From NCBI RefSeq assembly GCF_018977255.1, contig NW_024704745.1:51522001-51586000 (forward strand): 64,000 nt of DNA, in the 5' to 3' direction. Below, piece after piece: positions 49,518 through 63,420 of the stretch. The notes beneath the pieces were generated by a model that was not told the origin of the DNA, ran no database searches, and was given only the letters and a program-made list of their open reading frames with translations. The position numbers were made by a program, and so were the translations under genes. Each line of letters starts with the position of its first letter. Position 1 is the stretch's first letter. This DNA is from Callorhinchus milii (lineage: Eukaryota).

Positions 49518-49894
49518 AATAATAATCCTTGTATTAGATATAGCACGTTGTCATGTCTTCAAGATGTTTCAAAGCATTTCACAGAATATACTGTAAAGTG
49601 TAGTAACTGTGTGTTTTGTTGGAAAAACGTGGTAGCCAATTGCACACAGCAGTTTCCCACAAACAGTTGTGGATTGAGTGACCAAATTATCTTCTTTTTA
49701 AAAAAAGGGATTATTAACCCTGGAAAATAATCCACCAATTGACTAACACCCGGGTTCCTACTTACTGCTAGGTAAACAGAGGCATGTATGTGGAGTAAGG
49801 AAACTTGCCTAAGATTTCGTCCTGCCCAGGAATCGAACCCAGGTCCTCTCGCTTGTGAGGTAAGCACACAAACCCCTACCCTATGGGACTCCAC
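49518..49894 (-). mobile_element. tRNA-derived SINE, long subfamily
   Basis: Diverged full-length copy. Confidence 0.88.
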
Positions 49895-50089
49895 ATGGAG
49901 GCTGGAAGAGGGTGGAGAGCACATTAACCAACTCTTTTTTGTTTTTTCTGTTTGTTCTAATGTACACAAAGTGGAAAAAAACAGACAAATTATTGGGTCT
50001 TAAACGAATAAGGCTTTGTACAAGAATACAGTTCTGAACTAAAACCTGAACTAAAAATATTCAAAAACTCTCAAAGTCAGCTCATTTAC

Positions 50090-50197
50090 CAGTTCCAGTT
50101 TCATAATCCGCACACAATCCCGGAGAATCTGAGTGTGGGCTCCCAATAGCTTAGCAAAGGCATTTAGTGTGTTGGCTTTAAATGGAGGACCTGCAAC
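50090..50197 (-). CDS. MED14: MED14 exon
   Basis: [36 protein letters not shown]; 108 nt. Confidence 0.96.
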
Positions 50198-52430
50198 CTA
50201 AATAAAACATAACAGAATTAATGATATTATTGACACTGCTGCACAGATTTAAAAGAAGCCTGAATTCAATTAAAAGCAGAAAAGGTATGTTGTACCATCT
50301 GTGAATTGTAAATGGTTCAATATGTTGTGATGTGAAAAATGTGTACATTCCACATAGCATTTCACTTGTAAACTAATCTTAAAATAAGATGGCACTACTT
50401 TTTTCATGCAGAGGATATCAAAAATATAGATAGGGTTCAAGATGTAAATGCAGAAAGACAACGTCCTTCTCATCCATTTTTTATGCAAAAGCCCATCATT
50501 TCTCACATAATCCCCTTTAATGTGGAGAACGCGGCATTTCAAACACTACACTTCTTCATGACAGTTTTTCATGGATTTAGACAGCAATAACGCAGTCTGA
50601 AACTTGACCTTTCATGGTCACTAAATGTAATGATATTGGACGAGAAAAATTCCTGGTGTTTGAGGGGAAAAAAATATAATTAACTAACATCCAACAAGGA
50701 GACCCACACTGAATATACTAACCATGTAACATTTCACTTAAAATTATGTTTACAAATTCATTTTAAAAATGACAATCAATGAATATCATGAGTGGAAATA
50801 ATGCACAATTCTGAAGTATATTACATAAATTGACTTTTCTCATCCATTGATCGTAATCCAACAAAGTACATTACGTTTTGTGTTGACAAGTTATTGTTTA
50901 CAGATTGACAAATTGTTTACAGGTACAAAAATTAAGCTTGCAAATAAACTCTCAAAACAACTAATTTCCAACAATAATCCAATGTATTACAAAGGAAAGC
51001 TTGATAAAAAAACACAGAAACATTTAGTTGTTTTGACATAAAATTGTTAAGGGAACTAGATGATGCAAATATGAATGCCAAGGTTTGAATCTACAGCAGA
51101 CTGACAAATGAAAGTTTCCTGTCTCCGTTGTCTGCATAGCTCACATGAGATTGGGATGCTTTGCAAAGGTTGGGGAAAAGGAGAGAAGCTTCATCTGCCA
51201 CACTTAACCTGTGCTAACGCACTGCTTATCCGATGCTAAAAATGGGTGTTGAAATGGTGATTGATGCAACAGCAACATCCCTCACCTTGATAATAATAAT
51301 CCTTGCACTTAATATAACGCTTTATCACGTCTTCGAGACGTCCCATAGCGCTTCATAGAATACACTGTGAAGTGAATTGACTGTACTTTGTGGGCGAAAC
51401 ACTGCATTTTAAGGAACACAAACTTTCACCCTAAGCTTTTTTTAAAAGAAAGATTATTCAGTGACATGCAGGTGATAACAAAAACAGATGGTTAACATCA
51501 TGCTTATTCTTTAAACAAACCAAAAGAAATGAGCATATATTTTGTAGACGATGTATCAGAATACAGACATGACATTAATGTTTTAGGATCATGTTCAGAC
51601 AGCTCCTATTACAGGGCCTTTGGGCGCCTTGGGACATCCTCCTGACTTGAAAGGCACTATACAAATGTAATTTTGTATTGTATACATTTTATTTAAACAG
51701 CGTGTGAGGGAAATCGCTCAGGTTTGTTGAAATTCCAATAAAGTACTCAAATCACTAAGTGGATGTCAGTAAATATAGACATTACTTGCTTCATAACATT
51801 TTCACAAAATTAGGCGAAATACTCATTGAGGTTATTACGATATAAGTAGCTTTAAAAGCATTCATTCAATTTCTCTGATGAGTTGGATATTTGCCTATAA
51901 ATTCACAATCACCATATATTGTAGAAAACTGTGAAGGCGTTTTGACGAAATAAGGCGCTATCTCAAATCCAAGGATTATTATTGTATTGAAAAGGATGTA
52001 GAAAACAACCAATGGGATCGTTCAACTAGGAAGTTGTTTTCATGGATCGAGGAAAGCAGTGAAATACAATTTTACTGATGTAAAGACTTGAAATAGTTAC
52101 TCACAATGGTCATGCCTCTTACAGCACAGAATCACTAAAAGCCTCCATTAGTCAAGTGTTTTGGTTATTTACAGTGACCTAAAATTGCACATTTCTCCAC
52201 AACAATCAGATATAAACCCACAACGTCACGTTAGCACCCAAATTAGCACTTGACTGATGGTAATTAACATAGCCCAGTATGTTGGTATATTGGGTTAAGG
52301 GGGAATGAGGAAAGGAAACTGTCAAGAAAAAGATCACTGGAAACTTCCTGCCTGACCAGTTCCTTGAGTGACCGATGTAGGTAATATTTAGAATTGTTAC
52401 AGCAAGAAGAGAATGCATTTCATATCTTAC

Positions 52431-52610
52431 TCTCGTTTCAAAGAACTTTTCCAAGACTTGCAGTTCTTCTTGTGTCCATGGGTCTGTTGTTTCGGGCGTC
52501 ACTTTAAACTGCAAGGTCTGGTAGGTCTGTGGGTTCAGTGCCACGCGACACTTCAGTGCTTCAGTCTTAAACATGATTACACCTGGTTCATTGGAGTTTA
52601 TAAGCTGCAA
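52431..52610 (-). CDS. MED14: MED14 exon
   Basis: [25 protein letters not shown]...[12 protein letters not shown]; 180 nt. Confidence 0.97.
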
Positions 52611-52812
52611 CTAAAATTAGACAAGACAACATTCAAAACGAATTTTAGGCAACCTGGACAAACAAAAGTTACCTGTGGAGAGACAGTATCCTCGGCTATG
52701 GAAATTATAATTCCTACAAGTGTAGACTAATTATAACATTTCCAAGAAAGATTAGAGATACCCTAACTTTTCAAATTTTACAATGGTCTCCAGAAAAAGA
52801 ACTTTATCGTAC

Positions 52813-53048
52813 CGGTTCTTGTTGAATTATCCTTTGTAGGTGTCGCCTCATCATAACAGATCCTAAGAATCGCTCGAGAGGGGAACAAAGGTAACTGCCA
52901 GCCAGTCCTGGCACAAGACCTGGTGTTGGTGATGGGCAAAGTAGAATATGCAAGGCATTATGAGTTAAGATGGTAGGTATTGATGCAGCCCATGATCGCT
53001 GAGGTAGTGTACGAGGTGGAGGCATATTTGTCGGCATTGTTTGGGAGC
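52813..53048 (-). CDS. MED14: MED14 exon
   Basis: SQTMPTNMPPPRTLPQRSWAASIPTILTH...CSPLERFLGSVMMRRHLQRIIQQEP; 236 nt. Confidence 0.97.
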
Positions 53049-53428
53049 CTGAAAATACAGAAAACGCAAGTCAATAAAAAAGAACTTTGCACATTTAAAG
53101 TACCATATGCAGGTGTTTTGATAACTTATGTAACAAAATGTCAAGAATTTTACAAGAATTTCAAAATGGTTTACATTAATTATGTTGCCACGTAGTTTGC
53201 ACAAAAGTGTGGATGGATAAAAAATAATTCAAAATGTAAATATGCATGGAAATTATTCTATTGGAATCAGGATTAGGATACTGGAGGCAAGAGTGAATTT
53301 AAAATGAGAATAATCAAATATATTGGTGAATTCAATCTGCATTTCATGATTTATTTCAACTCAGATGGATTAATCCTTTTGATACAGCATTATGAAAAAG
53401 AGTCAAGTCAGTAACTATTGAGACTTAC

Positions 53429-53608
53429 TTGTTCCAGCTCGTGGAGAATGGGAGACGTCAGGGATAGGGGAGTGCAAGGAGGGGTTTGCCGGAGACATTC
53501 CAGGTATGCGTGCTAAAGCCGGCCCAGGCAACTGTGGAGACCCAGGCCAGGTCCCCGGTCGCTGACTGGGTGATATAATTGTGTAAGGTGAACTTGGGTC
53601 AATTGTGC
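53429..53608 (-). CDS. MED14: MED14 exon (Ser/Pro-rich)
   Basis: [25 protein letters not shown]...SHSPRAGT; 180 nt, phase 1-1. Confidence 0.95.
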
Positions 53609-53924
53609 CTGAACAAATAAAATTGTACAGTTTAAGTAATAATTACAAGTTCATTTCAGTCAGAAATTGGTTGTCAATCTATACTTTACATGACCCAACA
53701 CCATCATCCCACAGTAATCTCGGTTGTATCTCAGGACCCACATTATAAATTAATGTGAAATAATGCCCTGATTCCACTTCAGACCCAGGGAAATTTCCTT
53801 GCATAGGTGGCATGATTCCATGGAACCGTCAGTCTGGTTTGGAATACCCTTAAGCGTTGCAATGGATTTCTGCCTGTTTAGGCATCCGACTGACCAAAAC
53901 AAAATCTACAATTACGAACAATTT

Positions 53925-54350
53925 AGAAACATAATTAGGCCATTCAGCTCCTCCAGCCTGTTCCGTCAATCTATAAGATCATGGCTGATCTGCACCTCAA
54001 CTCCAATTACCTACCCTTGCCCCATATCCCTTGATACTCTGACCTAACAAATATCTATCCATAGTCTTGAAAATGGAAATGGATCCAGGATCCACAGCCT
54101 CTTGGAGGAGAGAGTTCCAGATTTCCATGACCATTTGGTGAAAAACTAGTTCTAATTTTAAGATCCTGCCCCTTTGTTCTGGATTCCCCTACCAGAGGAA
54201 ATACTTTCTCTGTATCTACCCTATCGATTCCCTTTATTGTTATAAAAACCTCAATCAGATCACCCCTCAGCCTTCTAAACTCAAGGCAATAGAGATCAAG
54301 TTTATCTAACCTGTCCTCATAATTTAACCCTTTAAGCCCTGGTAACACTC
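53925..54350 (-). mobile_element. CR1 LINE 3' fragment
   Basis: [10 protein letters not shown]...[14 protein letters not shown], typical of the CR1 ORF2 C-terminus. Confidence 0.88.
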
Positions 54351-54497
54351 GAGTGAAATTTCCACAGGAATGAATTGCCACAAACATTAAGTCAATGAAT
54401 CATCAATCTTGCTTACTAGAGGAAGAGGCATGGAAGTAACAGCTCTAAAATGTAGCATGAAAAGACCATTTTAGTGAAGCAGCGAGAAGACACTCAC

Positions 54498-54629
54498 CGT
54501 GAGGACTTGCAAAGTTTGGTGTCTGTCCCATTGAGATTCCAAGGGAAGAGGGGGAGGGAGACGGTACGAATGATGCTGGTGAAGATGCTCGCAATGCACC
54601 ACTTGGAGAATTAGCTGGATGTAAATTCC
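54498..54629 (-). CDS. MED14: MED14 exon
   Basis: [43 protein letters not shown]; 132 nt, phase 1-1. Confidence 0.95.
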
Positions 54630-55778
54630 CTGCACAAAACAATGCATTTAATTAAATTGCTTTTAATACAGCAATGGTAATTCTCTTTAAAGGGTTGAGG
54701 CACTGTGACTCAATAAATTCACAGGAGGTGAATTTATCCAATGACAAACTGAATTTCACCACTTGTGGACATACGATCAAGAATGCATCGAAGAATTAAC
54801 CTTGTTCTTTGTGCTTAATGATAGGAACAGGTTACCAGAAGGGTTACTGAGGCAAGGACACTGGGCTCATTTAGGAAACAACCTGATGCTGCAATAGGAA
54901 GAACAGGTATTTTGGAAGGATCAGATGAAAAGGGCCAAAGGGCCTAATTCACCTTAATTCCTCTTGTAAATTCTTACTCGTGTACTTTAATGAAAGAAAA
55001 ACTGTTTTCCCTGGTCTATGGAATTTCTATGAGTACAGAGTATAAGTAGAACATGAAAATGATGTTGCTTGCCAACAAGGTAGATATAATTTTTGAAACC
55101 CCAAACTAAAATTGTCTAATTTCTGCCACCCTTTCACAAGCAAACTTAAAAACAAAGTCCACACACGCATACTAATACACTGAAAAAAATCACAGAATAA
55201 CAAATACATTACTGTAGCAAACTACAACACCAATGACTTGACACAGATTGTTTTGTCATTATCCCGAATTAAGAGAATATGGGCAATGTGGCATTGCTTA
55301 TTGTAGATTTATACCTTACATAGCACAGAATCCAGAAAAAAAAACTGATAGTAATTGCTAATATTCAATGCTGCTCAACATAATGAGAAATTTGTCTTGA
55401 GAACTGAGAATTCGTCTTGAGATAATGAGAAATTCATCAAATTTCAGCAGTAATGGAGTGCACCATCACCCGTGACCCAATTCTTTGAAACTCCATGTCT
55501 CAATCCCTCCTCCCCCTCTTTATTCATCTTCAATTCCCACCAAAGCCCTATCTCTTCAACTGCACCCAAGGTCACCTCCCCCCCACTCCCCCACGATTGA
55601 CATCCAACTCTGCCCAGCGCTCCGAGACGCTATTCTGCGTGTAGGGCAAATTTTATAAATGCAAATTTTTGTTGGAAGGGTTTTGCGCTAAAATACTTCT
55701 AAATTACCTCATATCCATCAGAAATAGTTTTCTTCTTTTCATGCTTAAGACTATAGCAAAACAAAAAAAAACACTTAC

Positions 55779-55887
55779 CTGGTGATTGCGTAGGCATCAT
55801 TTGTGGTGATGGAGTCACAGTATTGTGATACGATGTAGGTGGTGATGTCAATGGGTATGTTACGCCTCCACTAGCTTTGACAAAGGG
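55779..55887 (-). CDS. MED14: MED14 exon
   Basis: PFVKASGGVTYPLTSPPTSYHNTVTPSPQMMPTQSP; 109 nt. Confidence 0.94.
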
Positions 55888-56325
55888 CTAAGAGAATAAA
55901 ATAGTTACATGTTAATGTTAGTAACATAGGACCAGGATGGGCTCATGTTAGGTCAAGCATGGAAAACCCCTTGGTTTATTCCTACCGCCGCACCCCCACC
56001 CCCACACTCACTCTCTCACACACACGCACACTCACTCTCTCACACACAGAATTCTAGAATAATCACTTTGTAACAAAGCTCACACAGAGTTTTTTTTTTA
56101 AAATACATGTTTGGTTCATCTGGAAATACAACAGCAGCAAAAGCTCCTGTGTCCCAGAGGGAATTTCCTTCACCTATACTGCCAAAACACATCTTCTTTC
56201 CTTTGCACCATTAGTGGCCTACCTTCAATGCTTTATAGAGACCATTAGTGATAAAGGAGCTCAAGAGCAACATGCCTGTCCAAAGCTCAGGGAAAACAAT
56301 TAAATAGTTGGCACAGTGCAGCTCA

Positions 56326-56623
56326 TAATAATAATCTTGCTTTTGATATAGCGCTTTTCACATCTTCTAGACGTCTCAAAGTGCTACACAGAATATGCTG
56401 TAAAGTGAATTGACTGTACATTTGTGGGCGAAACGCGGAAGTCAATTGCGCACAGCAGTGTCCCACAAACAGTTGTGGATTAAAAATGATCAATTTATTA
56501 TTGTTTTGTTTTGGAAGGATTATTATTAGTGTGTGGAGTAAGGAAACTTGCCCAAGGTTTCGCCCTGCCAAGGTATCTCACTTGGAAAGCGAGTGCTTTA
56601 ACCACTGAGCTACAGGACGCCAC
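56326..56623 (-). mobile_element. tRNA-derived SINE, short subfamily (B box deleted)
   Basis: Reverse-complement copy with a small deletion in the head. Confidence 0.88.
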
Positions 56624-56807
56624 ATCTGGATGGTCCCAGTACAAAGTCGTACTAATTATTTTTTCTTAAGTAAAAATTGGCCCAATATATTCAGTACTGA
56701 TAACGTCACTGCTCCAAGTCAAATTTCTTTTGAAGAAATATCTCACATAAATAAACTAGGCAGAAGCACATTAAAACAAAAAGGCTACTGAACAGCAGGC
56801 ACTGTAC

Positions 56808-56939
56808 CTGCTGTGGCTGAAGCTGAGAGATGAATGACTCCATCATGTCTCCACCAATAGGAGATGGTGGATTATCATCTTCATTCACCGATCGCCTGCG
56901 TGCATCCTGGGTGCTGTCCACAAACATATTCAAGAATGT
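56808..56939 (-). CDS. MED14: MED14 exon
   Basis: [44 protein letters not shown]; 132 nt. Confidence 0.97.
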
Positions 56940-57299
56940 CTGTGGAAAATAAGCAACATTAAACCACAAAGTCCTTTAGATACCACACTGCAACTTAATA
57001 CATTTTACAAATGTGGAATGCAGTTAAGGCCAGCTGTGAAATTTGATAAAAGCCGTCAGAAACATCTCTGCACAACATTTTGGATGAATAACTAATTCAC
57101 CCACAATAATCAGCTAATTCAGGTTTCAATAATGCATTGCAAGCTATAATAGCACTGATCACCAAGTTATTGTTTTTTTAAACTAATGTTGTGGTCAGAA
57201 TATTAGAAAAGCACCAGTGCTTTATTTAGAATGTATTAGATAAATCAAATACTTCTGAAGGCAATCAACATTCACTTCAAGCAGCAATTTTATACAGAC

Positions 57300-57569
57300 C
57301 TTTAAGCCTGGAGCTGGATGGAATCCCTCCACAATCTTACTGTTGTCAAAAAGACTGTAGGCACCATCTCGAATAGCCACAACGCCTCGACTTCTGCAGT
57401 ATATGTCAATGCAGTACATATTGCGGAAAGCAAGTCTGATGTGTGTGGGTGACTGGGGTAGTATCGAGAAACATTGATAGGCAGTATTTGTTCGATGTGT
57501 GAGGCCCAACATTGGCACTGTTGGGAGTTTATTAATGGCATTGAGTGGTGCTTGTGTATCATACAGTAC
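57300..57569 (-). CDS. MED14: MED14 exon
   Basis: [24 protein letters not shown]...[27 protein letters not shown]...APGLK; 270 nt. Confidence 0.97.
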
Positions 57570-58899
57570 CTAGGGAAAAAAGCAGAAAATGCTTATTCAC
57601 AAAATTTCAAACAAATATCTGAATCGAGATTCTGATTTCATTCTTTCAGTAGTGTTCATCAACTTCTACAGAGCAAATATCCAAATAAAAGAAAATCCAC
57701 CAGGCCCAACATTGGCATGGTTGGGAGTTTATTAATGACTTTTTTTTTAAAAAAAAAGTTTGAAGCAAAGTTTGTCATATCGTCTTCCCTAACCTGGCCA
57801 TGCGTAAGGCCTCATCATGACATTTTCTCATTCTTTTGAAAGGAAGTGTGACACACAGTCACATATTAGGTAAACAGGCATAATTCCTTATTCATTCAGT
57901 CATCCATTAAATTTGCCCTTAAAATCAAATCATGTGAAGTATATAAATAACAGGTAGATAATAGGTTGGTAGCTCTGACTTAATATGGGAACCAGGTCAA
58001 CTATTGCAACACAGAGTGCTCATTGGCTTGAGTTGCCAAGTTAATACTGTGTTAAAGCACATAATTTACTTCAAATACCTGACAATTGGCTGCCGCATTT
58101 CGCCCACAAATATACAGTCAATTCACTTTACAGTATATTCTGTGAAGCGCTTTGAGACGTTTAGAAGATGTCTAGAAGCACTATATCAAATGCAAGGATT
58201 ATTATTATATATAATCCCTGCATAGGCTTTCAAAATTGGTTCTTCCTACACATTATGCAAAGGCTCTGAAACAAAGTTGATATGTCTTTTCCCATGAGGA
58301 AACATATAGTCACATGAAAATTTTCAGTACCAGCATCACTATGCCCCACTCCCAGCTCAGGTGGCAAGCCTGGCCTGTTAAACAAACAAATGCCTTGGGA
58401 CTAAGTGAAAGGCACTGTATACATTGTATTGTACAATGGAGTCCCAATAGATCCAAGAATTAAGCTTTCTTTATCCAGCATAGGGCTACCAGTCTTACTG
58501 TTGTTTCCTTTGCTTACATGCTGTGGCATTTCCCAGGGCTTTGAATCCATCTAATGCAACATCACAACTGACTTGGCTCTTGCAACAAAGCTTTGCAGAC
58601 TTTTGTTTTGAAAACTCGCCATATGATCTATCCCTAGATAATATCACCTGTCAAAGACAGTCTTCAGATGAAAGATCTGTTTGCCTCATTGGACCAAGGA
58701 ACTGCTCAATATTTCAACTGTAACATTCTTATATGGTTTGAGTAAAAACAGTAAGATTTTAATTACAATAATGTTACATTTCAACAATATTGTCATTGGA
58801 CCCAGGAATACATCCCTCTATGTTAACTAACCAGACATTCACCAACTTGTGTTCCTTCAAGACCACAATTAACTGCCATGCTCAGCATTGGAGAAATTT

Positions 58900-59485
58900 G
58901 CATCTCGTGAAGGAAGCATTGATCACAGAGGAAAAATTAATTAGAACAATTCAAGGGCGTTCAGGAGCAGAAAGACCTGGGGGTTCATAGACACAGGTCT
59001 TTGAAGGTGGCAGAACAGGTTGATAAGAGGAGATTTATCAGAATGATACCAGGGATGAGGGAGAATCTGGGATTGTTCTCCTTAGAGCAGAGAAGGTTAA
59101 GGGGAGATTTAATAGAGGTGTTCAAAATTATGAGGCGCATTGATAGAGTAGATAGGGAGAAACTGTTCTACTGGCAGGTGACTCAGTAACCAGGGGACAT
59201 AGATTTAAGATAATTGGCAAAAGAAAGAGGGGACATGAGGAGATTTTTTTTAAAAAACAGAGAGTTGTTGTGCTCTGGAATGCACTGCCTGAAAGGTTGG
59301 TGGAAACAAATTCAATAACAACTTTCAGAAGGGAATTAGATAGATACTTGAAAAGAAAAAAACTGTAAGGATATGGGGAAAAAAGCAGGGAAGTGGAACT
59401 GATTGGGTAGCTCTTCCAAACAGCCAGCACAGACACGATGGGCCGAATGGCCTCCTTCTATGAAGCAATATTCTATGATTCTATG
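58900..59485 (+). mobile_element. CR1 LINE 3' fragment
   Basis: [22 protein letters not shown]; 3' end atgggccgaatggcctccttct with attctatg tail repeats. Confidence 0.9.
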
Positions 59486-60248
59486 CAATAAAAGAAACAT
59501 TGATCATAGATGAAGCATTATTCAAGAGGGAGAGTCAGGATGCCTCACTTCAGCACAATGAATGATCATTGTTTCACCTCCTAAGTGAAACAATGACCAT
59601 TCAAAATATCCATCACCTGAGAATCTGTTCACATGCATCTTTGAAATGGTCAACACCTGACAACAAGATTGTTTGTTTGGTCTGTTGTTCAAAGAGTGAT
59701 AGTTGATATGGGGGATTAAACAAAACAACCAAATTTGAAAGAGTCAGAATTACAGCTATGACTGTATTAAATTCTTATGTGGGGATCATAATTTGATTTC
59801 AATTCTAATCTTTATGCAAGTATTTGTTAAGAGTGATTCTTCATGTATTCCCAAATACAGATGGTAAATCTATGCAAATTTGCACGGGCTTATTGAACAA
59901 TTGAACAACCTATGTCTATCTGGGATAACAGGCGTGAGGCAAACAGTGGGGCCAACTATTATAATCACTTCTCCCCTCACCATATCCTGCCACTTCATGA
60001 CACAATGTACTGCATTCAAACCCAACCAATGTGTTAACTTAGAAAAAAGCACTATCAGACAAGTTTTGGTATTGTCAAAGTATTGGCTAATATCCAGCAG
60101 CGGTTCACTTTATACAACATTTGATCTGCACATTACTGGTACTTTTTAAATTAAAAAATGTGTATGGTTTTACACATTTTACATCAGACTTTTTCAACTG
60201 CCAACTCTAAGCTTATGTATTTCAACATCTCTCAAAATAACTAAGTAC

Positions 60249-60401
60249 CTGTAGTAACTGGACTACATTTGGTGATTTGTTGAACATCTCCTGAAGCTGA
60301 TGGAGTATGATGTTGTGACAATTACTGCAGCCAGAGTTTGGACCAACTGTTCCCAATGATATATGAAACCTCTGGTGGGTGGGATTCCATTGGATAGTTA
60401 T
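60249..60401 (-). CDS. MED14: MED14 exon
   Basis: [51 protein letters not shown]; 153 nt. Confidence 0.96.
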
Positions 60402-60643
60402 CTACATGATAACAAGATAGTTTTTAAATAAGTAATCAATTATCATTGCATAATTATTCATATAATTGCAAAAATATAACACAGAGATTTAACTTAGGTT
60501 TCTGGTGATCTCATTTAGAAATTTGAAAAAAATGTACACTACATACATATACATGCATTACAGATAGCGTAGAGATGCTGATACTGTATACACTTGTACA
60601 AGGTTAACAAAATAAAAATACAAATGAAATGAACTCTGCTTAC

Positions 60644-60735
60644 CGAGCTGCCTTTAGTGGCTCCGTAGCATATGACAAGTTTACGATAATTATAGACGCG
60701 TATCTCCGAGAAATGATTAAGGTGGGATGGTATTT
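60644..60735 (-). CDS. MED14: MED14 exon
   Basis: [30 protein letters not shown]; 92 nt. Confidence 0.96.
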
Positions 60736-60822
60736 CTAGAGGGTGAAATTCAAGGTACATTATTTCTCATTTTACTAAAGCTGTTATTTCATTACTTTTT
60801 TTCTTGAAGTTATGTTTACTAC

Positions 60823-60969
60823 CTGGCAAGGAACGTGCAAACTCCAAAACACAGTCATACAGCTTTGCAATGCTATTACAATCGTTTAGGAACGCCTCAA
60901 CCACTTTCCGACCTCCAACAGGTTCCGATAGTAAGCTTTCATACGTGAGATAGACATGACGTGTTGAAC
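60823..60969 (-). CDS. MED14: MED14 exon
   Basis: [48 protein letters not shown]; 147 nt. Confidence 0.96.
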
Positions 60970-62762
60970 CTGGAGCATGAGAAGATAATAAAATAAATCT
61001 GCATTGAAGCTAATGAAAATCACTTTACAAAAGTGCCAAGGAATCACATGTCAGCTTTGACAAGATTTTTGTTTTATGTACTGCACATGTTTATTGAATA
61101 TACACAATGACCAAAAAGTTGTAATACCATTACAATGTCTAATGAGTCTTAAATTTTTTATTTTTTTTGGTGATAGGCTAGTTTGCCCACAAAAATATGC
61201 AGTTAATTCACTTTGCAGTATGTTCTGTGAAGCGCTTTGAGGCACTATATCAAATGCAAGGATTATTTATCATAGTAATCGCAACTTTTTGGTCACCATG
61301 TGCAAACACAATTATTCAAACTGGCACAATGATAAACATCAAGAAAATAAATACTAACAGGTATCTGGTACAGATCAAAATTTAAGTGTAGAATATTGGC
61401 TAATATCCATCACCTGATGCTCCAAATAATATGATTGCAAAATATGATGACTGCTATTTACTATGGAAAATTACATTTGTCATACGTCAAAGTTAGTTCC
61501 TTATATAAAATTAAGCTCAAATTCACATATTTTGCTTTAAAATTCGAGTGACTGCCAAGCTAAATTCTGATGGAGCAGTAGATTTCTATACCCATTTCAT
61601 CACCGAGCACTGAACACCTTTTAGTTTGAGAAATTTAAGAACATTGTCCACCACTTAAGATTAACATTTGTTGTGCACAAATTAGCCCACAGCTGCATTG
61701 GCCCACAAAACAGTCACTACACAGCAAAATCTTGTGAAGTGCTTTGAGACGTCTTCCCAACGTGACAGGCACGATACCAAATCTAAAGATTATTATTATT
61801 AAAAATGCAAAAAAAATATTGTCCATCAGACCCATTCTTTTTACTGATAGATTCTTATCACGTTTTAGAGATGTCTCAAAGCACTTCACAGAATATACTG
61901 TAAAGTGATTTGACTGTATATTTTGTGGGTGAAAGTGGTAGCCAATTGCACACAGCAGTGTCCCACAAACAACTGTGGATTGAGTGACCACATTTTTTTT
62001 CTCGGGATTATTACCCCAATGATGAGTTGTCCTGAGCTCAAGAATTTTTTTTGTCCTTGCTCATTCAACAAAGTTAGCAATAACTTTCTTGCTTTCTTTC
62101 ATAGAAGTAAAATCTTACATTTTTGCATTGCATACATGAAAGTTAAAGCATTCAAGAACAACTATGGAGTCAGGACTTGAAGTTGATTCAAACTAGCACA
62201 TCAATGAACAAAAAAAAAATCATGGCACAAAGAGGAAAAAAATGGGAATCAGAAATAAATCACATTGCAGTTAAGTTCACACGTTGCAGTATTATACAGA
62301 ATAGTAAAGGTGGAATATATCTGCAATCAGGTCACAGTTTTCCTCCTGCCAAAGCCAAGATGTTCAAGATGTGACTGGCTCTCACCTCCTCCAGTTGTTT
62401 CTCAGCTAAATTCTCCACTACTTAGATATCAACATAATCATTTGTACATTATGTACAATCGCAGTTCATTTCACAGTTGTAAAGCATCTTGGTATCTTGT
62501 GACATGATGTCAACAAGCCACTCTACCACCACTTCGCCCATAAAATATACAGTCAATTCACTTTAACGTATATCCTGTGAAGCATTTTGAGATATCTCGA
62601 AGGCGCTAAATCAAATGCAAGGTTTGTTATTATTGTACATTCTTTAAGTAATCTGAATTATCCAATGAGATAAAGCTTTATTAAATATGTTGCGTATATA
62701 TAAAGATTTCCCAAAGGAAAAAAGGAAAACGCTGGGAAATGTAAATATTTAAAATAACCAAC

Positions 62763-62923
62763 CTTGCTCCTTGGCAGAGGTACTATTTAGAGGGCAGTTG
62801 GCAAATACCAGTTCTGCCACCCAGGTCCGGTTGTTTCTTCCCTGCAACCGGAAAGTGCAATCTAACAAAGATCGGTCTAAGGCTTTCTGGGTCTCCTCAC
62901 TAACACTTGTACACGGAGGGATC
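62763..62923 (-). CDS. MED14: MED14 exon
   Basis: [53 protein letters not shown]; 161 nt. Confidence 0.97.
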
Positions 62924-63343
62924 CTATAAGGCAAAACAAACTCCTGGTTACGTTTGAGGATCATATGCTGTTGGAGGAGCAAAAGATGCAGGAAAGTAAC
63001 ATTGGCAAAAATTTATTTTATTAAAAAAAATCACAAGATGAACACTAAGTTCCCATTGCAAATTTAAAATCCAGCCACCAGCTTTTCAAACTTTTACTGC
63101 ATTTAATAAATTGAGATAGCAACAATAGCAAGTTCTTCAATTTGTTCAGAAACTGAAACATATGCTTTGATGTAAGTAAGCTTAGCTCACATTTAAAAAA
63201 ACACAAGGAACTAACACAATGAATGTAGAATTTTTTTGTCTTCTTCCTTTCCCAATTCATCATCCTCCCCAGTCTCAACTCTTTAAGATAACTACTTTAA
63301 ATGCCATCTGCCACTTTTCAGCCCAATGTGGAGTAACATTTAC

Positions 63344-63420
63344 CTTAGTATTCGTATGGCATGATTACAGCCATCACCTTCTATCTGAACTCCTTGGTGA
63401 GGAATCTCCATGGTACACAG
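63344..63420 (-). CDS. MED14: MED14 exon (most 5' in window; gene continues beyond)
   Basis: gtttttag| LCTMEIPHQGVQIEGDGCNHAIRIL(R) |gtaaat; 77 nt, phase matches the next exon. Confidence 0.93.

Noticed and set aside
60877-60883. MED14 NDCN where I recall human NDWN
   Set aside because: Single substitution in an otherwise intact gene; cannot be evaluated without an alignment.
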